From: Octopus sinensis
Lineage: Eukaryota
Reading direction: 5' to 3'
Assembly (NCBI RefSeq): GCF_006345805.1
Contig: NC_042998.1
Location: 130,758,001 to 130,822,000 of the forward strand
DNA: 64,000 bases
Shown: positions 23,844 to 36,515 of the stretch, in pieces
Layout: each line of letters begins with the position of its first letter
How positions within the stretch are numbered: position 1 is the stretch's first letter
Notes under the pieces: model-generated
Database searches by the model: none
What the model was told of the DNA's origin: nothing
The model's input: only the letters and a program-made list of their open reading frames with translations
Position numbers and translations under genes: made by a program

Positions 23844-23847
<4 letters not shown>
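22971..23847 (+). mobile_element. R4/Dong-type LINE 3' fragment (CCHC knuckle plus REL endonuclease), young subfamily
   Basis: ORF 23063-23749: CRICGDGQETITHIISSC; RHDRV..IHW; RPDIVV..LIDVSIP..KLSKYKDL; one stop near 23057; (ATA)n tail 23848-23941. Confidence 0.9.

Positions 23848-23941
<94 letters not shown>
23848..23941. repeat. (ATA)n tail/target microsatellite
   Basis: Pure AAT run. Confidence 0.95.
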
Positions 23942-23942
<1 letters not shown>

Positions 23943-24910
23943 CATAGTATGGTATGTAAAAAATTCCACAGAACCGCTATTATAAGTAAGAAGGCCAAGC
24001 TTGTGTACGATGAAATATTGCAAAAATAAAGCACTGTACAATCAATTAAAAACGAAGGAAACTGAAAATAGGGGTTTAAAGAAAAGAAGTCCTGGATAAT
24101 TTCATAAGACAGATAAAGAAAAAGTTGGCTGTGGTAACTAAAAGTTATTTAAAACCGGAAATGGAGGCTCTAATTTGTGCTGCTCAAGAGCAAGCACTAA
24201 GAACAAATTACATAAAATACAGAATAGACAACATATCAAAAAGTGATAAGGGCAGAATTTGTGTATAAAATGGTGATACAGTATGGCATACTACAGTAAA
24301 CCTACGCCACTAGCCCAGAAGGAATATAAGAGACGCCACGACAATATAGCCGAGTTTGTCCATTGGACATTTTGCACAAAGTATGGACTTGACAGAGCAA
24401 AACAATTGGTACGACCACAAACTCGAACGCATCATCGAAAATGAAAATGAAAAGATCCTATGGGATTTTATGATTCAGCGCAACATTGAGATAGAGAATA
24501 GGAAGTCAGACATAGTTTTAATTGAGACAGAAAACAAACTATGCTGGATCATAGATATCGCATACACAGCAGACACGTTTTGCGATAAGGAAGAAAGAAA
24601 AGTCGAGGGATATTACACGTTACCTTGGGGGGAAGGGTTAAGAAGTTAAGCGGTTGTGGTCGATGAAAAAGGTAGCAGTAGTACTAATAATTGTCGGAGT
24701 CCTGTAAACAGTGAGCACTTATCTCAAGATGTATATGGAACAAATAGAGGCTGCAATAAGGGTGGAGCACTTGCAGAAAACAGCACTGCTTCGAACCACT
24801 CGAATACTCCGGAATATGCTGAAAAAATAAGAGTTGTGACCTTAGTTCACTGGTAGTGAACAGCTGACACTGTAGTACATCTCCAGCGTTAGAAGCTGGG
24901 CAAAGACAAG
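23942..24910 (+). mobile_element. Second, older R4/Dong-type subfamily 3' fragment, decayed
   Basis: LKPEMEALICAAQEQALRTNY; WYDHKLERIIENENEKILWDF..KSDIVLIE..WIIDIA; 3' UTR matches 45497-45545. Confidence 0.8.
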
Positions 24911-25087
24911 GATAATAATAACAATAATATATATATATATACTAAGCAATAAAGGGTTTAGCAACGAATTGCCTTACCACATACCGAATTTAGAAATAGC
25001 AGTCAAAGAGTTATAGCTATTTCTTCTACTAAAAAGGGAGATCTCAGTAAAAACATATATATATATAGAGAGAGAGATATAGACAGA

Positions 25088-25089
25088 TT

Positions 25090-25169
<80 letters not shown>

Positions 25170-25175
25170 TATAGA
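25088..25175. repeat. (GATA)n microsatellite
   Basis: Direct reading. Confidence 0.95.
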
Positions 25176-25239
25176 TATAGATATATGTACATATATATTT
25201 ATACATATGTGCGTGTGTGTGTGCGTTTTTATAAAGTTT

Positions 25240-25395
25240 TTATTGTGTCTGTTTATTTCATCGTTTTCCTTTCTGTTGAAGAGCGTAGGCTCAAAACGTA
25301 AAACACTTTCTCACCTTCACGAACGTCAAACAAATACACCTACTTGTTTACACACCTCTCTTCGTCTTTTGCTTTTCTGTAAATTTCAACTACGT
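25240..25395 (+). mobile_element. Copy of the CTGTTGA-core pLTR-like repeat
   Basis: CTTT-CTGTTGA-A-GAGC-GTAG-GCTC-AAAACGTA-AAAC; downstream sequence matches 16380-16468. Confidence 0.6.
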
Positions 25396-26479
25396 ATATG
25401 TTAATGCAATTGAAACAAATGTTAAATTTTGAAAGTGTTCTTCGTACACATTGATTGTTATTAATCCTCTGAATTTCTTAAAAATCTGCATAAAGGTCGT
25501 TGGATTTACTTGTCATACATGAGTATTTACCTGAGATTTATATTCTACATACATTTACTAGTATTTGATTGTTGGATATTTAAACGTATTCCTTTAAACA
25601 GAGTGCTTACTTGATATCTGCCAGGATTTTTTAATCACATGTTTTCTTTCACACACACACACACATATGACGTGCTTCTATACAATATCCTTCATCATTA
25701 TTCAACTACTACGCAGTCATCGGCCTGGTACTATTATGGAAGTTACCTCTAAAATAAACCTTCATGGAACTGACCATAAACGCACTTGTCTTTTGGGGAG
25801 AATTACAAATACCGGGAAATGATTACTCATTAAAGACCTCAATATTAGAAGCAGAAGAAATATCCCATACAGGACTTGAGTGTGAATTATTTGAAACGTT
25901 ATTCAAACAATGACCAGAATAGAGATTTTATATACATTAAGACATGGTAACTTTCTATTAAACTGTATACAACTGCGAGAGTGTATGTGTCGAGAATTTA
26001 GAAATTTTGGCTTCGACTTTGTGGCTGGGAAGAAATTTGGTAATTTATGTAGACAATACTAGAATGCTTACTTATGTATATATACCTCTCCATAACTTAT
26101 ATTCATGGAATGCATTAAAGAAACAGAACAAAACAGATCGGAATAAAATGTTAGATGTCTTCATCTGTGAGTAAAAATGAAGTTTTCATTACTGTCGATG
26201 ACGTGGTATCGCTCCAAAAATACTCTATAATGAACTAATATTTCATACAAATATTCTGCTGATTCAAATACAACTTTTGGCTTATGTTGCAATCTAGAAC
26301 ACATCGAAACAAAATTTCCAACATATTAACCAAAATTATTTGAAGTACAACTACACAAATACTAAAAGGAAATTAACTGGCTAGAGCATTGGAATATAGC
26401 GCAACATTTAATAAAATTCCGCCAATATTAAACTCTCTCTTTGATACATCAGAATAACCGCCAATACTTTTAAAATTTG

Positions 26480-26710
26480 ATTTACACCACAAAAACATTC
26501 ATTGTAAATCCAAATAGGAAAACCACTACATTTTGTGAAAATATTCAATCGCTAAAACCTACCATTCCGCATAATATAACATCAAAAATCTTATCAACTA
26601 CAGATCACATCATACAAAAATTAGCGTATTCCAGCTTTGTACCACAGAGACATACCAAAATCGCCATATACGAACTAGTTACTAAATACTATTTTGATAC
26701 GCAGGTATAA
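26480..26710 (+). pseudogene. Possible very old L1/Tx1-like RT relic
   Basis: FIVNPNRKTTTFCENIQSL..SKILS..HIIQ..SSFVPQR loosely follows the RT N-terminal motifs (NYRPISLL / Q.GF.PGR). Confidence 0.25.
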
Positions 26711-27901
26711 ATAATTCAGATTATTTCATACTTCATGAGAGTTTGATTGAAAAGAAAAGACTTTCTGAGTTGAGTTTACATGCAATTTCTCTTATGCCTG
26801 TTCATTTTGCTGCTGTCATCTGTAATATAACCAAATATGTACGAATTTTGCGTGTGTGATTATGTGAATTAGCACATATATATATGTACATCTGTGCCTA
26901 CATATGTGTTAGTTTCTGTGAACGGGGAAGTGTATTTATATTTGTATTAAGATACGCAGACCATTAAATTCTATGCTAATTCTGCATTATTTGTCTGATA
27001 AGCACAGATAAGCAGGCAAAAACATTGTATATATTTATTAAATGGAATATCAGTTCTTCCAGCCTAATATCGATAGCACGTCGTAATATTATTTACACTA
27101 AACTCGTATTAAAAAGTATAAACCTCCCGCTTACAACAAATAAATATACAATCGAAATTTAAAGAAGGACCGAAACAAAATCTCTATAAAAATTACCAAA
27201 ACTAATTTTCATGTCTTTATCCATTTATTTATTTTCATGTGTTTGTGAAGCTAAGTATTAAATATAAACATTAAAATATGATACATATTTATGTTTCTAT
27301 ATATTTAGTTATCTAATTATAGGTTTCTTTACAGACGCACGTGTATGTTTACTTACAAATTATTTTCTCTTAAATTTATATTTTTAAATATATATGCGTC
27401 ACTTTTATTCCTTCCCCCGTTGTTCAAACTATTTTTTTATTTGAAAATTTAAATGTGTTATTGATTTTTAGTGTTTGCTTACTAATATTTAACTTCACAT
27501 GACTTTTTTAAAAATCTACCTGAATATCCCCGTTATCTCCTGTGACTAGATATCATGCAGTTGTTGATGTTTGGTCGCAGGTTAGTTTTGTTATGGCATA
27601 CATATAATCAAAGGTACTCCAGACATAACATTTTTTTTCCATTTTTCGTAAATATGGTCTATATGTTTTTTTTTTATCCAAAGTTTCTTTCGCGCTATAA
27701 AATGCTGCATGTGACGTGTGGGTAGTTCGCTCATTCTGGCTGTTGCAGTTACCATATTTATTCCTCTTCGCTTTACATTTTCTTTTACGTTGTAGTTTCG
27801 AAAATCGCGTGGGCTGGTTTTGGAAACCTTTTCTAGGCAGATTTCTAAATATCTTATAAGTATATGTAACCAAATTAGAAATTAATATTTATAGTTGCTT
27901 T

Positions 27902-28075
27902 AGGTGAGATGAGGCAGAATCGTTAACACGCCGGGAAAAATGTTTAGTAGCATTTCGTCTCTACGCTTTGAGTTCAAATACAACCGAGGTGGACTTTGTC
28001 TTTCATCCTTTCGGGGTCAATAAAAGAAGTACCAGTTAAGTACTAGGTCGATGTAATCGACTTAGATCCCTCCAT
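27902..28075 (+). mobile_element. OR-like tRNA-derived SINE
   Basis: GGCAGAATCGTTAACACG (box A-like), GAGTTCAAAT (box B), CTTTCATCCTTTCGGGGTC..AAGTACCAG core. Confidence 0.75.
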
Positions 28076-29029
28076 AAAAATGCTTTATGAGAATATCTGA
28101 GTTTAATATATATATATAATTGCTTTTAATATTGCTCAAATGATTTATTGTACCACCATGAATATCTTTCTGGGCATATTACATTGACTTGAAAAGGATT
28201 TCTGTTGCTGCTCTTTATTTTTGGCGGTGTCCTGGCGAAACTTTTAATGGAATAACCATGTGATTTAGCTAGTGATAATAAACTGAAAGGTTAGCATGTA
28301 GAGTGGTGTACCTTGTAACATAATGTATATGATTGTTTATGGCATTTGCTTTATCAAACATAGTCAACAATTTTATTGCTATATATTTCATTCTTATGCC
28401 CGACATATTGCTAATTTCCATTTCATGTGATTATAATTTCGTTCGACATCCTTTCTAGTAATATTTTTGTCTGTAAGGTCAAGTTCTCTATGAGATACTT
28501 AGATTTTTATTTCTCTGTTTTGATAATGACATTATTGCATCTTGCTTCGATATTCTTTCTAGTGTGAACAGTCTTGTACTAAATTTTCCTCGTTATGTTA
28601 CTTAAACACCACTTATTCACCTGTTACATCTGTCTGCTCCATTATCTATGTCGACATGATCATTCATGTAAAGAAATTAAGGTGGATAAAATAATTTCTC
28701 TTATAGTTTCTCATCCCTCCAACGCTCGCTTTGCCATGTACACCTTTATAGGTTCGATAAAACAAATACCAATAATATTCTAGTTTTTAGGATACCAGCA
28801 ATGCAGCTCCTTCCAATTTGTCGCTTCGTACCAATGTGAGAAAGAATTATGAAGGCTATTAATTAAGAACAACTAAATGAACTTGTTAGAACTGTTATAA
28901 TGTTGAATTAGTAGGATCGGTATATGTGCTGATAAAATGATTCACAATATTTACATATGACGCTTTCTTACTAAGTCACACTCAAAACATTATCGTTTTG
29001 GCATTTCATAATTCTAGCGAGCAGTAATA

Positions 29030-29420
29030 TTCTTTTCTACTCTAGGCACAAGGCCCGAAATTTTGGGCGACAGTTGATTAGAACGACCCTAGTACAAAAC
29101 TGGTACTTAATTTATCGACCCCGAAAGGAGGAAAGGCAAAGTCGACCTCGGCGGAATTTGAACTCAGTACGTAACGGCAGATGAAATACCTATTTCTTTA
29201 CTACCCACAAGGGGCTAAACACAGAGAGGACAAACAAGGACAGATAAACGGATTAAGTCGATTATATCGACCCCAAAAGTAACTGGTACTTATTTAATCG
29301 ACCCCGAAAGGATGAAAGGCAAAGTCGACCTCGGCGGAATTTGAACTCACAACGTAACGGCAGACGAAATACCGCTAAGCGTTTCGCCCGGCGTGTTAAC
29401 AATTATGCCAGCTCGCCGCC
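29030..29420 (-). mobile_element. OR-like tRNA-derived SINE with internally duplicated core
   Basis: Two copies of CTGGTACTT..ATCGACCCCGAAAGGA.GAAAGGCAAAGTCGACCTCGGCGGAATTTGAACTCA..CGTAACGGCAGA.GAAATACC at ~29100-29190 and ~29283-29372. Confidence 0.85.
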
Positions 29421-29719
29421 TTTAGAAAGCAGTTGTATCAACTAATCAATTGCTGCTCCCAATCGCGTAATTTTTTTTAACGAAGTAAAATCTCTAATTA
29501 AGAACCTGAATTGTCAGAGTGATCGATGAAGACTAAATTTCGAGAACAGAATGTCCCTTTAGAATATTGTTGGAAATCACGCTTATTTCTGGTCGTACTA
29601 TACAATCTTTAATTAAAAGAATTTCAACATTCGGTTGTCAATAAAAATATATTCTGACAATTATTCTGGTCTAAGAAATCAAACCATAATACGATTTAAC
29701 ATGATTCCAATGTTGTTGT

Positions 29720-29720
29720 A

Positions 29721-29787
<67 letters not shown>

Positions 29788-29860
29788 GTCGTTGTTGTTG
29801 TTGTTGCTGCTGTTGTTGTTGTTATAATTATTATTATTATTGTTGTCGTTGTTGTTTTTA
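29720..29860. repeat. Compound (ATT)n/(GTT)n microsatellite
   Basis: Direct reading. Confidence 0.9.
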
Positions 29861-30099
29861 TTATCCCCTAGAATTCTCTATCGTTGCATTCTAAATCCTG
29901 TTAATTCCAAATCCTGTTAATGAAAACCTTATATTAAGCTGAGAACGTGTGTGCATTGATCAATAGCAGCAGTTCTAGTTGGAAAACACGTCTTTCTGTA
30001 ACAAGCAGCACTTAGCCGAGGTAACAATCAAAAGGGTAGTTCTACGCAAAAGCAAAGTTCTACGCAAAGTCAACGCTCTGAAGAAGAATGGACCTCGTC

Positions 30100-30570
30100 T
30101 CTACCACCTTCTCTTTATAGATGAGTTAAAATAGTTCGTGAAAACAGAGTCTGATATAGAGAGGCTGGTTGAGACTGTACATATATGCAGCAAGGATTTT
30201 GGAATGGAATTTGGGATCTGAAAGTGTGCGTTACTTACTTTCAAACGGGCGAAAAGAGCAGATTGTAAGGAAATAGAACTGCCAAACAGAAGGCGAATGG
30301 AAGACCCGGATAATTGTGGGTATAAGTACTTTGGGATCCTGGAGCTGGGCAATATCTTGCAGAGAGAAATGAAAGTCAAGGTCACCACTGCATTCTCGGA
30401 GCGCCTGAAACATCTCATAAGTCAAAACTCAATGCGGGGAACTTTGTGATTGCCATCAACATATGGGATGGTGATGTAGTCCACTAAAATGCATCCATTC
30501 TGAAAGGCATACGAGCGGAGATTGACCACTTCGATCGCAGTATCTGCTGTTCAGGGAAAAGCATCAGGGG
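30100..30570 (+). mobile_element. R4/Dong-type RT fragment, decayed
   Basis: HLLFIDELK..LVETVHICSKDFGMEFGI*KCALL..YKYFGILE. Confidence 0.7.
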
Positions 30571-30589
30571 ATCTACACGTATAGGATAT

Positions 30590-31070
30590 TTGAGCAGATT
30601 ACTAATGTTATACTTATTATAGCTGAAAGTCAGCCAAAATATATTTAGCGGGGCAACTATGGCTAACATAAACTGTGTTTCTTTTGAAGATTTTGTGGTA
30701 TTTATGTCAATGTAAGAAGTGGTTATCTATGATTTCTAACTATATTAGTTATATTCGTAGCCTCATTCATGCTATATGGAGGAGTATTTCATAGAACTTT
30801 AACCTATGTTTAGTTCTGTATAGGTTGCATTATTCTTTAAAATGGTCCTTATGCTTGAAACAAGACTACTCATATTGTTAACTAAATTTTTGATTATTGC
30901 CGCTGGATGTTTAGAGCCTCTGTCAATGTATGAATTGTGATCATTTGTTTTATGGCCGGGTTTAAGTTGCCTGTGCTACCACTCATTAATATCTAGGAAA
31001 TTAACTTCTTAAAAGTTAGTGTTGATTGTACGTTTTAGATTAAGTTGACTAAGTATTTTGCATAATTCTT
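30590..31070 (-). mobile_element. Decayed Penelope-like RT thumb/linker fragment
   Basis: LNLKRTINTN..VNFLDI..YIDRGSKHPAAIIKNL; NTPPYSMN.ATNI; HKYHKIFKRNTV. Confidence 0.6.
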
Positions 31071-31865
31071 CCCTTGAACAGCAGATAGTGCGGTCGAGTA
31101 TCAATTTCAGAATCGGTGCATTCTAGTAGACTACAGCAACATCCCATATGCTGATAGCAATCACAAAGTTCTCCGCGTTCAATTTTGACTTCGAATCATG
31201 TCAATGTTTGTTATGTACTATTTCTATACTTTCGTCTTTATTCAATCCCATGTTAGGTCCGTTTATTTCGTTTTGAAAGACATTTACGATGTAAATACCA
31301 AACTAGATCTACTAATTCTGTTCCATCATAGCTCCCCATAGCGACATCAAATTGCCCCCCCCCCCCGCCCATTTTTTTCCCCAATAGGAATTAACATGAA
31401 AATGCAATGACTCCCTTGCGCTCATCATAATGGATGTATCGGTATTAGTGATGATTGTATATGTTTTCCTGAACTCTAGTGCCTATCCCACTAAACGCGC
31501 GCGTGTATGTATGTATGTATGTATGTATGTATGTATGTATGTATGTATGTATGTATGTATGTATGTATGTAGTGTATGTATATATGTATGCATATATATA
31601 TATATATATATATTTAACAATTAAGGATAATCTCTTAATAAGGGATCTTAACAAGAAATTATCGGGTAGCTAGCGTGAAAACCTCATAAAAGAAAAGAAT
31701 TCGAAAATAATTTTTTTCTTTTGAACAAATTAATTATATCTATATTGTATAGAGGGCATTATTACACATAAATGCCAAAGGAGGGACAAAGTCATTACTA
31801 CCAAAATTATACTAATCATACCCAAATGCAGTTTTTCAAAGCAAGACATTTAAAAAAATGAATTT

Positions 31866-31923
31866 AGTTCTGTATCACCGTGATTTCACATTCAACTTAC
31901 GTCTAATGATCGTCAGCAGAACT
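31866..31923 (-). ncRNA. Type I hammerhead ribozyme (inverted copy)
   Basis: Reverse complement of 32392-32449. Confidence 0.8.
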
Positions 31924-32391
31924 GATTCTGAACACATCATAAATAAACTACCAACCTTACGTAACTAAATTCATTTTTTTAAATGTCTTGCTTTGAAAAA
32001 CTGCATTTGGGTATGATTAGTATAATTTTGGTAGTAATGACTTTGTCCCTCCTAGTGTGAGGCATTTATGTGTAATAATGCCCTCTATACAATATAGATA
32101 TAATTAATTTGTTCAAAAGAAAAAAATTATTTTCGAATTCTTTTCTTTTATGAGGTTTTCACGCTAGCTACCCGATAATTTCTTGTTAAGATCCCTTATT
32201 AAGAGATTATCCTTAATTGTTAAACTTATATTCCGAAATACTTTTCATTACCCGACATGCAGTTCGTAAAAAGCCCGCCATTTACCGGATATATGATTTA
32301 TAAACATTCCATGTGCTTGGCCGGAGTGAGCAGTTGTCTGTTCGTCTTCGCTACGTAAGGTTGGTAGTTTATTTATGATGTGTTCAGAATC

Positions 32392-32449
32392 AGTTCTGCT
32401 GACGATCATTAGACGTAAGTTGAATGTGAAATCACGGTGATACAGAACT
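32392..32449 (+). ncRNA. Type I hammerhead ribozyme
   Basis: Stem I AGTTCTG/CAGAACT (7 bp); CTGACGA; stem II T-CATT..GAC-GTAA-GTT..AATG-T; GAAA; stem III ATCA-CGG-TGAT; AUA site, cleavage after 32442. Confidence 0.85.
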
Positions 32450-32545
32450 AATTCATTTTTTTAAATGTCTTGCTTTGAAAAACTGCATTTGGGTATGATT
32501 AGTATAATTTTGGTAGTAATGACTTTGTCCCTCCTAGTGTGAGGC

Positions 32546-32584
<39 letters not shown>

Positions 32585-32675
32585 TATATATATAATATAT
32601 ATATATATGTATGTGTGTGTGTGTGTATGTGCATACACATATATATATGTATATACGCATACATACACACATTTA

Positions 32676-32710
<35 letters not shown>

Positions 32711-33145
32711 TATATATATATATACTCATACACACAACTACTTACAGACATGTATATATATGATGCAATGGTAGCACGTGTACGACTATCAAACTACTAC
32801 AATAACATGATTTCGTAAAGTGGCCAAAATATAATTTCCTGTCTAGATCAGCGTAACGGAACTGCATTAACGAATTACAATTGTAAATGTCTAATTGTTC
32901 ATGGTAATCAAGTGAAGTCAGCATTTCCATTCAGAAAGCTACCAAATTGAAAATCTGAATCATCACATTATTTCACTCTTAACTATTTCCATTTGAACAA
33001 TTTCGGTAAAAGTTAAATATGACATGCATTCATATACAGTCTAATTAGCGTAGCACACAACCTTTAAGTAAAGTATGTTCTGTCAAGAAATTACTATCAG
33101 TTCCCACATATTTACTTCATTTCTATGAATTCAATCTTATCATAT

Positions 33146-33375
33146 CTTTTACTTGTTTCAGTTTCTAAATAGCGGCCATGCTGGAAGACGGCCTTGAAGA
33201 ATTATAGTAGAGTGCATCGGCTCCAGTACTTAACCCTGTGCTTACTCCTTTTTTTTTTTTTTTGCCAAACTACTAAGTTACATAAACCCACCAGCACCGG
33301 CTGTAGGGGACAAACGCAGACACAAAGACACACAAAACAAACACACATGCACACACACCACACACACACACACAC

Positions 33376-33417
<42 letters not shown>

Positions 33418-33535
33418 ACAAGCTTCTTTAGTTTCCGTTTACCAATCCACTCACAAGGCTTTGGTCGCAGTGGGACTTAACCCCGAACCATACGCGTGAG
33501 AACTGAGCTTCTAGCTACCCAGACACACCTGCGTC
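33146..33535 (-). mobile_element. OK-like SINE, diverged, with internal (CA)/(TA) microsatellite
   Basis: Homologous to 50385-50830 at both ends. Confidence 0.65.
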
Positions 33536-34933
33536 TGCAGAATTGTTTAGGTTTTACATGTATTTCACTTGATAACAAAAGCACAAGCCTATCGCAATCA
33601 AAGACATAACTCTCTGATAGTTGAAGCATAATTACTTAAAATAATTTTAGGCAAGGCCGTGGTTGCAAAACGAAACACTTTATTACACAAGATGAAACCT
33701 TTTATTACACCTGAAAGAAATGACAAGCTAGTAATAAAAAATTTCAAATAGTTGGAAATAAAAGTTCATTCAGAAAACTTAGACTTTACATTTACACATG
33801 TTCGTTCTAGGTTGTGTAGGTTTTCAGTGAATATTTGTTAATACCTTTGATACATTGTTGCCATTATTCGGTCCCGGATTAGCATTAATCATGGAAACCT
33901 GAAATCAAATAATTTCGACAATTATTACCGAGTATTTTGTGTCTAGTACTACGTAGTATAGCTAATACCATATTATCCAAGATGTTCCAGCCTGTAAAAA
34001 TGGTCATGGCTGGCATTTCTGTAGCCCACGATGAGATCCCCGCAATTGTCTATTCCAGTTCTACGCCAGGAGAATATTACCCTTTATCAACTGCTTACAA
34101 TAACCAATCATCTATTCTCTTGTACTGAGTGTAGTTTCATTTAAACTTTAATTTTACCATGATTATTATTACACTCCATAACATTCTGATATGAATATAT
34201 AGATTAATAATCATATTTGGCTGTGCTATAAAACAAGAACATGAATGGAGTGAACAAAATACATAACGAAAACTTGTACATTTGTAAGCATACCAAGTCT
34301 GACAAACTTCCAATCATTAAAAGATAATTGCAGCACCCCTCCCATGCCTGTTCAAAAGATTAATATTTGATTCTGCATATACCGTCACTATTTTGGATAA
34401 TGCCCCAGTATATTTTTCGCTGCCTATGTATCTAGCTATGTATCAATCACAGTAGGAGTTTAACTCTGCCAGTCAACCTCCGTGTGAATTATGAAGAGTA
34501 CAAGCAATTCCACTAACACTTTGCTTATACGAGAAATGTTCTGACGTTTAACACGAAATTTAACACGAAACCTGAATCATTGATGCATGGAATTATTTTG
34601 TTTACTATTCCATGAAAAAGGCGAAAGAAAAGATTGAATATTATAATACTTGAAATATTTAGATGCACATTAAAAGACAATATTTATAAGAGTTCGTAAA
34701 TAATATCAAGAAAAAATAAACGCATATAATTTTATAATCCTCAATATTTCCCATCATATTTAATATGAATTCTCCTCGCTGTGAAGCTCATCCTGTCTTT
34801 CTCTAAACAAAAAGTTGAGCAGTTTTGTGTCCTTTTATCGTGAAGTGACTAACCTACCGTGCATGTTCACATACTACTGAGCGAATATCAAACTCGGTAA
34901 CTTGTCTTCATTCAGAGATTCCAAATCTGTCAT

Positions 34934-36045
34934 TACGATAGGCGGCTGAAAATTTCGTAGGCTGACTTTGAAAGTGAGACGCTAGACTTGTGAAAATCTT
35001 GCATGCGTATATTTTAACACATCTTATTAATAATTGTATTGTTTCTTTTCAGATAAACTGACATTTGAGTGGTCAAAGAAGACCTGAAAAGTAATTAGTA
35101 GTGATTTCTCTTGAAAAACGACAACATTCAGCCTCGTGTGTTATAAAGTACCTGCAGCAAAAGGGTTTAACCTCCAACAACATTCATACTGACATGGTTG
35201 CCACATTAGAGCATGACGCTCCAACCGTGTGAAAGGGAGTAGGGGACTTTAGGAGAGTTAGTGTTGAAGATGACCAAACATCTGGATGTTTTGCAACTGC
35301 TACCACCGGGGTAAACATTAATCATGTAAACCACATGAAGGTGGATCTAAAGTTTAATAGGCTGATCACAACACGAGGAAAATCTGACATTGCTTCGGGA
35401 AAATAAAGCTGACGCCCTTGAATGCTTCCTAACCCAGGATGAGTGTTGGGTTCATCACTTTGAGCCAGAGTCGAAGAGACAATCCATGCGGTGGAAACAC
35501 TCCCCTTCGTCTGCTCCAAACAAGGCCAGATTATTTCAATTGCAAAGAAGGAGATCACCTCAATTTGGGGGATGCACAATGCATCGTGCTTATTGATTCT
35601 CTTCAAAAGGATCACACCCTCAGTATTATGCCAAGTTACTGAAGCAGTTACGAAAGGCTATCAAGACCAAACGTTCAGGGAAACTGATAAATGGGATTTT
35701 GTTTGGTGAGGACTATGCTACAACCCACAAGTCTTTGGTTTCAATGACTACTGTGTATGATTGTGCTTCCGTTCTCCCTATTCTCTTCGATTGGCCCCAT
35801 TTTACTATCAACTGTTTTCCAACATGAAAAAACATCTGGCCGGGAACCAATATCGCAGTAATGATGAATTATATCTTCTGTTGCTACTAATTACTTTTGA
35901 AGTCATGTAAGAACCATCAAATGTCACTTTAAATAGGAGAATCTGACGTTTTTCATGAGTTGAAAATAACGCAAGCAAAATTTCATAGCTCAAAATTCAC
36001 GTCTTTATATTCAGCCAACGAACTTTTCAGTCCATCCTCGCAATA
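34934..36045 (+). mobile_element. Decayed mariner DNA transposon with both TIRs
   Basis: TIR TACGATAGGCGGCTGAAAATTTCGTAGGCTGA vs TCAGCCAACGAACTTTTCAGTCCATCCTCG; LTQDECWVHHFEPESKRQSMRWKH (WVPHEL/TGDE region); DYATTHKS; FSNMKKHLAGNQYRSNDEL; many frameshifts. Confidence 0.85.
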
Positions 36046-36049
36046 TGGG

Positions 36050-36515
36050 CTTCAAATATTGGCACAAGGCCAGCAATTTCAATGGAGGGTGTATGTCGAT
36101 TACGCTGACTCCAGTACTTGGCTGGTAATTATTTTATCGATCTCCGAAAGTCAGAAACGACAGAATTTGAATTCACAACGCAAAGACGGACAAAATGACT
36201 AACTGTATTTCAACCCTCTTTAAGTTCTGAGTTCAAATTTTACCGAGGTCGCCTTTATTTCTCATCCTTTCGGTGTGGGGGTATCGATAAGATACCATTT
36301 GGGCAACTCCAACGAAGTAACCGGCCTTGTGCCGAAGTTCGAGGCCAATTTTAAATCAATTCATCCATCACGTTTCGAGTTCAAATGCTATCGGGTCCAA
36401 CTTTACACTTCATCATTTCGGCGTCGATGAAATGAGTACCGGTCGAACGCTGGGGTCGATATAATCGATTTACCACCTCCTCTGAGAGGAGAAGTTACGT
36501 CGATTTGAAACCAAT
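36050..36515. mobile_element. Cluster of three OR-like SINE fragments (first on minus, next two on plus)
   Basis: GAGTTCAAAT..CATCCTTTCGG / CATCATTTCGGCGTCGAT..GAGTACC cores. Confidence 0.6.

Larger units (their letters stand above)
31613..32550 (+). mobile_element. Non-coding HHR element: inverted segment plus partial tandem of a ~483-nt unit, inserted in (TA)n
   Basis: Layout A-B-A'-C-B'-a'. 31613-31865 is inverted vs 31964-32224; 31866-31963 is inverted vs 32352-32449; 32446-32550 repeats 31963-32068. Confidence 0.85.
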
